32,000 nt of DNA, from the NCBI RefSeq assembly GCF_000010065.1, contig NC_006576.1, forward strand, positions 600,001 through 632,000, in the 5' to 3' direction. Within the stretch, counting starts at the first letter, position 1, and each line of letters opens with the position of its first letter. The position numbers and the translations under genes are program-made. Below, piece by piece: positions 27,153 to 32,000 of the stretch. Below the pieces are notes generated by a model that worked only from the letters and a program-made list of their open reading frames with translations, made no database searches and was not told the origin of the DNA. The stretch is from Synechococcus elongatus PCC 6301. GTDB taxonomy: Bacteria; Cyanobacteriota; Cyanobacteriia; Synechococcales; Synechococcaceae.

Positions 27153-27936
27153 GGGATCCTGTCAGCAACGTCTCCAGTAACAGCGCTGATTGTAAGGGCC
27201 GTTCCAGATGATACTCGGCAGAGTGGCGGAGTGCTCGCTCCAACATTTGCCAGGCCTCGCGGGGCAGGCTTGCCAGCGGCAGTACCGTTTGGCTGGTGGG
27301 AATCTGTTGCAAGGCAGCCAACTCCGTGGCGGTCAACAACAATTCTCGCTGATTGGGGCGACGCTGATACGCAGCAGTATCGGCCAACACACCGCCCAAA
27401 CTGGGGCTATAGCGCACTCGCCAACGAGATTGTTCCAGTCGCGGTTGCACAGCCTGTTGAGTCAGGCAGCAATAGTGGGTTTGCGGAGCCCAGCCCGCCC
27501 AGGCCAACAGCTGCCAGGTGCTTTGGAGGAGGTAGGGTAAAACTTCAAGCCCTGACTGGGTTTCAATCCGAGCGAGATCGCGGCAGAGCAGGGCGAAGAG
27601 TTCGGGTTGGGGATGGCGCTCAAGGGCCTGAGCGAGTACCAGTTCGGTGAGATATTGCGCCGCTGCCAGGCGGGCCAAGTCACCACTGAGGGCCGTATGG
27701 CTGGTCAAGGTTTCAACTTGCTGGAGACGATCGAGACTTTTGCCGCAGGCAATCAAACAGTCGCCAACCACAAAGAGAGCGGTGCGGCCTCCCAATTTTG
27801 ATCGCGGTTTGCGGGCCCCCGTCGCGACGACTCGCAGGAGTCCTTGATCCGGCGAGAGCAGGGTTAACAGGCGATCGGCCTCCCCAAGGGGCGTGGCCTT
27901 GAGCACGATCGCAGTGGTGGTGTAAGTGCGACTCAC
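27136..27936 (-). CDS. recO: DNA repair protein RecO
   Basis: Has the N-terminal OB-fold pattern [46 protein letters not shown]. The GTG start at 27936 overlaps the stop of the upstream deoC-like gene (GTGA). The 3' end overlaps the MFS start by 17 nt. Confidence 0.85.
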
Positions 27937-28619
27937 GCCGGTGCCGGAGTAGAAGCGGCCAGACGTTGTTGCAGGATCATGGGACCGTAGGAAGTTCCCA
28001 AGCGGATAGCTCCCGCTTCAACCAGCGCTGCCGCTTGATCCCAGGTGCGAATGCCGCCCGCCGCATGAATGCCAACACGGTTACGGGTCAGTTGCCGCAG
28101 TTGTTGTACCAAGGCCGGTGTCGCGCCGCCAAACCAGCCTGTACTGGTCTGTAGCATCGTTACCCCCGCATCCAGACAGAGGTCGGTCAATTGCTCTAGT
28201 TCACTGGGATTCAGCCGGGTTGCTTCCAGAATTGCTTTGATGGGAACGCCCGTGGCCTCCACAATTTCTGCTAGCTCTTGGTGAACGAGATCAGCGCGAT
28301 CGCTGCGCAGCCAGCCCAGATTGACGACAACATTCAGCTCTTGGGCCCCGTTTTCGACCGCTTCTTGAGCGGCGTAGACCTTGCTGGCAGCGGTACTCGC
28401 GCCATTGGGAAAATCGATGACCGTGCAGAGTCGAGGCGATCGCCCATTCAGCCATTCCCGCGCTTGACGCACCACCCAAGGAAAGAGGCAGACCGCTGCG
28501 AAGTGATAGCGATCGGCTTCTTGGCAGAGCTGATCAATCTGCTCTAGCGTGGCGGCAGGATCGAGCAGCGAGTGCTCAATGTAGGGGGCGAGGTCAAAAT
28601 CCGACGACAACTCAGCCAT
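27933..28619 (-). CDS. DeoC/DERA-fold protein (deoxyribose-phosphate aldolase-like) lacking the canonical catalytic residues
   Basis: The short-DERA pattern is seen throughout ([54 protein letters not shown]). Differences are ELN instead of E(I/V)D (codon 28332-28334), LQTSTG instead of (V/I)KTSTG (codon 28149-28151) and IHAAGG instead of (V/F)K(A/P)(S/A)GG (codon 28065-28067). The ATG at 28619 is used. Confidence 0.8.
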
Positions 28620-28638
28620 AGACAGACGTTCCTTAGAA

Positions 28639-29253
28639 TCAGGCGCGATCGCTGACAAAGCGACGGATAGCTTCTTCCCGAATTGCCAATAAATTGGCAG
28701 CAAGATTCTGGTCCAGTTGAGTCTCAATTAGCTGGATCGGCATGGGCAGCTTGGGTGAGAGTGTGACGTCATAGGTCAGCTGGGTGCGATCTGCGTCTAC
28801 GGATTGAAACCGCCAGCTACCGTCAAACTGTTCAAAATCCCCCTCGATCATCTGAAATGCCAAGCACTCGTAGGGCGACTCTTGCATGGCTAAAACAACC
28901 CGCGCACAGAAGCGAAAACGCAGAAAACATTGGCTGCCAACCTGCTCCAGCCGAATCGAACCATCACTCGTCGGCAATCGCTGACTGATCGAGAGGTTGG
29001 GAATGAACTCTGCCAGACGGTTGTAGTCCGTCAACAACGCCCAGAGATCAGCGATCGCAACAGGGACTTCAATTTGGACTTGAATCCGCCGCTGGCGAGG
29101 GCCAAGGGAGTGGGCGTCGATCTGCACATCTTGCTGCGGAGAACGGTGCAGGGCGGGAAAACTCAGCGACAGAGGACTCACGTCGTCGTCTCTTGAACGG
29201 AATCGCTCTTCCAGCCTAGCGGAGGTCGCGGGTCTCTGCGAGGAGCAGAGCAT
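28639..29253 (-). CDS. SRPBCC (START/cyclase-dehydrase-like) family protein
   Basis: Has the core [30 protein letters not shown]...LEQVG...FRFCARVVL...IEGDF..FDGSWRF typical of the polyketide cyclase/dehydrase-like fold. It lies 19 nt upstream of the deoC-like gene on the same strand. Confidence 0.7.
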
Positions 29254-29311
29254 TGAAGCCCTCCGAGAACTGCTGTAGGCTGCAGGCTATCTTGGCATCC
29301 CCTGGTTTGCA

Positions 29312-31006
29312 ATGGCGTCGTCTGTAGCTGCAGCCTCTCTGCCCCCCACCGCTTCAATTGGTACGGTCAAAGGCCCTGGTGAGCAGGCGAATCAATACGT
29401 CTTCATCACGGCGGAAAATCACCACGTGCGGGTGGGAGAGTTCGTCTACTACCAACTCCGTAGCCCCCTGGATGACTCGCTACAAGCCATCCTCGGCAAA
29501 ATCAGCGGCCTGCGGTTGATTGAGCACCTGCCCGATCGCATTTTTGCGGATGTGGAAACCAGTCCAGAAGCGATCGCCGCCTTGATTGGCTTTACCTACG
29601 ACCACCCCGAACTCTACGAAGTCACGGTTGAGGTAATTGGCTACTTTCAACCTGGACTCGGCTTTATCAACCCGCGACGAGCCCCGGATCCAGGCGCACG
29701 AGTCTACCTCGCCGAAGATCAGCGTCTGCAACAAGTTCTGAATCGCCGCCGTAGCGATGATGTCGGTGCTGCCCATGTGGGATCGCTCTTGCTGCGCGAT
29801 CGCGATGCCGTGCCGATCATCCTCGATGTTAAAGAGCTGGTCAGTACCCACATGGCAATCTTGGCAGGCACCGGCTCCGGTAAGTCCTACACGGCAGGTG
29901 TTCTCATTGAAGAGCTGTTGCGACCACAGAATCGGGCAGCTGTCCTGATCTTTGATCCCCATGGCGAATACGGCACCTTGGATGGGCTACGCGGCAATCC
30001 CATCTTTGAAGCTGACGGCTACCGTCCGACGATCAAAGTGCTGACACCCGCAGAGATTCGCATTCGCATCTCCTCGCTGAATTTCTACGATCTGCTGACG
30101 CTGCTACCCCAGACTACAGAACGTCAACAAGCGGTGCTGGAAAAAGCAGTCAACAGCCTTCGCAAGCATAAAACCCTGCGCGATCGCTGGGATTTTGGCC
30201 ACCTGATTGAAGCCGTCAAAGAGGCTGACACCACCGAGGACGACGAGGGCAATGAAGTCATGGGCCCTTCAGCTCAGTCTTTGAGTTGGCGCTTAGAGCG
30301 GCTGCAGTCCTCGCCCTACTTCCACAGCTGGGAACATCTGATTCCCCGCGATCTATTTGAACCGGGGCAAGCCACGATCCTGCAGATGAATGAGATCCCG
30401 CAGGAACAACAGCAGGTGATCTGCACGGTGATTCTGAACCAGAGCTATACCGCTCGCATCAATACGGTGCGGGGTGGCGCGACCGAAGGGGCAGAAGACC
30501 ATTTGCCCTATCCAATCTTTGCCCTAGTCGAAGAAGCCCACCGCTTTGCCCCTGCCCATGAGCCCTCGCGCTGTAAGCAAATTCTGCGGACGGTGCTTAG
30601 CGAAGGCCGGAAGTTTGGCTTTGGCATGGGGCTGATTACCCAGCGGCCTGGCAAAATCGATTCCGACATTCTTTCGCAGTGCATGAGCCAGTTCCTGATG
30701 CGGATTGTCAACCCCGTCGATCAGGAGAGCCTCAAGCATGGCGTCGAAGCCGCAGGGCGCGATCTCTTACAGGAACTGCCCTCGCTCAGTCGCGGTCAGG
30801 TAATCATCTCGGGTGCCTGCGTCAACACACCGGTTCTCTGCCAAGTGCGCACTCGCTACACCCAGCATGGTGGCGAAACGATGAATGCGCCCGAGGAATG
30901 GCAAAAGCATTTCCAAGGGACTCAGGCCAAAGATCGCGAGATTGCGATCGCCCCAATCGCAAACCGACCGGTTGCTGTCCGGCGGCGTAATGTCACGATC
31001 GAATAG
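29312..31006 (+). CDS. HerA-like (DUF87) FtsK/HerA-superfamily ATPase
   Basis: Has an N-terminal barrel-like region (YVFITAENHHVRVGEFVYY), Walker A HMAILAGTGSGKSY, Walker B-like IFALVEEAHRF and the downstream blocks EGRKFGFGMGLITQRP and RGQVIISG, as in HerA/DUF87 proteins. Confidence 0.75.
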   Translation: MASSVAAASLPPTASIGTVKGPGEQANQYVFITAENHHVRVGEFVYYQLRSPLDDSLQAILGKISGLRLIEHLPDRIFADVETSPEAIAALIGFTYDHPELYEVTVEVIGYFQPGLGFINPRRAPDPGARVYLAEDQRLQQVLNRRRSDDVGAAHVGSLLLRDRDAVPIILDVKELVSTHMAILAGTGSGKSYTAGVLIEELLRPQNRAAVLIFDPHGEYGTLDGLRGNPIFEADGYRPTIKVLTPAEIRIRISSLNFYDLLTLLPQTTERQQAVLEKAVNSLRKHKTLRDRWDFGHLIEAVKEADTTEDDEGNEVMGPSAQSLSWRLERLQSSPYFHSWEHLIPRDLFEPGQATILQMNEIPQEQQQVICTVILNQSYTARINTVRGGATEGAEDHLPYPIFALVEEAHRFAPAHEPSRCKQILRTVLSEGRKFGFGMGLITQRPGKIDSDILSQCMSQFLMRIVNPVDQESLKHGVEAAGRDLLQELPSLSRGQVIISGACVNTPVLCQVRTRYTQHGGETMNAPEEWQKHFQGTQAKDREIAIAPIANRPVAVRRRNVTIE

Positions 31007-31057
31007 ATTCGGTTATCTCGACTGCAGCGCGATCGCCCACAAGGTGAAGGAGTTTCC

Positions 31058-31063
31058 TATAAT
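31058..31063 (+). promoter_or_regulatory. -10 hexamer TATAAT upstream of ssrA
   Basis: A perfect TATAAT lies 13 nt upstream of the mature tmRNA 5' end, compatible with a short RNase P-processed leader. No good -35 is present. Confidence 0.5.
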
Positions 31064-31075
31064 GAGGGGACACAA

Positions 31076-31466
31076 GGGGCTGTAATGGTTTCGACGTGTT
31101 GGTGAATCCTTCACCGTGATTCAGGCCGAGAGGGAGTCCACTCTCGTAAATCCAGGCTCAACCAAAAGTAACTGCGAACAACATCGTTCCTTTCGCTCGT
31201 AAGGCTGCTCCTGTAGCTGCTTAAACGCCACAAACTTTCTGGCTCGAGCGTCTAGTCGTAGACTCCGTTAATACGCCTAGACTTAAACCCCCAACGGATG
31301 CTCGAGTGGCGGCCTCAGGTCCGTCCTCTCGCTAAGCAAAAACCTGAGCATCCCGCCAACGGGGATAATCGTTGGCTCCCGCACAGTGGGTCAACCGTGC
31401 TAAGCCTGTGAACGAGCGGAAAGTTACTAGTCAATGCGGACAGCGGTTCGATTCCGCTCAGCTCCA
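31076..31466 (+). ncRNA. ssrA: tmRNA (one-piece), tag peptide ANNIVPFARKAAPVAA
   Basis: The 5' GGGGCTGTAATGGTTTCGACG pairs with the 3' ...CAGCTCCA acceptor end, and the T-arm is GGTTCGATTCCGC. The tag ORF resumes at GCG 31174 and ends at TAA 31222-31224. CCA is not encoded. Confidence 0.95.
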
Positions 31467-31484
31467 TTTTTATTTGTTAGACGC

Positions 31485-31517
31485 CTTGTTGCGATTGCAG
31501 CAAGCTTTTCGTTTTTT
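31485..31517 (+). terminator. rho-independent terminator after ssrA
   Basis: CTTGTTGC-gatt-GCAGCAAG forms an 8-bp stem with one G-U, followed by CTTTTCGTTTTTT. Confidence 0.65.
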
Positions 31518-31529
31518 CTGCGCAGCAGG

Positions 31530-32000
31530 ATGATGACGATTCAGCAGTGGCTAGCGCTGGGATTGGCCATGCTCTTCCTAGCTGCACTACCTAGCTTGAG
31601 TGTGCTCACAGTTGTCACTCGCTCTGCCAGCTTAGGACTATGGCATGGTGCACTCACGACCGTCGGGATTGTACTGGGCGACTGTCTGTGGATTCTGCTG
31701 GCCTTGGTTGGTCTAGAGCAAGTTGCCCAGCTTGAAGGATGGCTGCCACTCATTCGTGCGCTGAGCGCTAGCTATCTGATTGTTTTGGGTTGGCAATTAT
31801 GGCGATCGCGCGATCGCAAATCATCCCAATTATCCTTACGGGAGACATCCCAGCCCGCAAGTTTCTTGGCAGGACTTTTGTTAACCCTAGCGGATCAAAA
31901 AGCACTGCTGTTTTATCTCGGTTTTTTCCCTACATTTTTAAATCTTGAACGCATTGCTGCATCAGAGGTTGCTGGGATCATGGTGATTGCAATCGGGACG
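31530..32000 (+). CDS. LysE/RhtB-family amino-acid exporter, N-terminal part (3' end outside window)
   Basis: Not in the ORF track because it has no stop in the window. It is open from ATG 31530 to the window edge: MMTIQQWLALGLAMLFLAALPSLSVLTVVTRSASLG...LADQKALLFYLGFFPTFL, the typical LysE-type pattern. Confidence 0.75.
   Translation, partial: MMTIQQWLALGLAMLFLAALPSLSVLTVVTRSASLGLWHGALTTVGIVLGDCLWILLALVGLEQVAQLEGWLPLIRALSASYLIVLGWQLWRSRDRKSSQLSLRETSQPASFLAGLLLTLADQKALLFYLGFFPTFLNLERIAASEVAGIMVIAIGT
31802..31817. repeat. HIP1 octamer GCGATCGC, tandem pair (example of about 90 copies in the window)
   Basis: GCGATCGCGCGATCGC. Another close pair lies at 18363-18370 and 18373-18380. Copies occur on average every 350 nt or so, in genes and spacers alike. 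Confidence 0.95.

Noticed and set aside
26590-28295. 1.7-kb HIP1-free stretch (recO and neighbours) as evidence of horizontal acquisition
   Set aside because: With about 90 sites in 32 kb (mean spacing about 350 nt), a gap of this size is expected roughly once among 90 intervals. The codon usage and GC look native by eye, and near-HIP1 variants (GCGATCGA, GCGATCGG, ACGATCGC) occur inside it.
31467-32000. Genomic island integrated at the ssrA 3' end
   Set aside because: ssrA is followed immediately by its terminator and a LysE-family gene that contains tandem HIP1 sites. No integrase, repeat of the ssrA end or compositional break is visible within the window.

Overview
Gene-dense, mostly housekeeping chromosomal segment of a HIP1-rich cyanobacterium. 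The gene content, the protein sequences and the tmRNA tag ANNIVPFARKAAPVAA look like the Synechococcus elongatus PCC 7942/6301 lineage; this is recognition from memory, not a database search. I call about 31 protein genes: purU, fumC, trpE, psaD, lysC, ftsH, rpmF, a GLYK-type glycerate kinase, ycf20, pxcA/cemA, cobU, ycf54, fur, recO, a deoC-like gene, a HerA-like ATPase and others. I also call one tmRNA gene (ssrA), several hairpin terminators and a decayed TetR pseudogene. About 90 copies of the HIP1 octamer GCGATCGC are present by my eye count. I see no CRISPR array, transposase, integrase, prophage or recognisable defence island. The points most worth a second look are these. (1) A DeoC-like protein has all three canonical DERA catalytic residues substituted (D to N, K to Q, K to H) and its stop overlaps the recO start (GTGA). 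(2) psaD carries a 1-nt deletion that breaks its frame. (3) A 1076-aa LTD-LTD-barrel-EEP nuclease has no N-terminal signal peptide but has a C-terminal type I secretion target domain. It sits behind a 515-nt hairpin-rich leader and is followed by a 4xCxxC mini-protein whose promoter is bracketed by a perfect 10-bp inverted repeat. (4) An orphan HerA-like ATPase lies next to ssrA. (5) Two convergent, overlapping genes encode NTPase-like proteins with degenerate catalytic motifs: a GTPase-like/DUF697 protein and an SF1-helicase-like protein without a Walker A motif. Start codons are my best choices and differ from the ORF track where an internal start fits better. All functional calls rest on motif recognition by eye.
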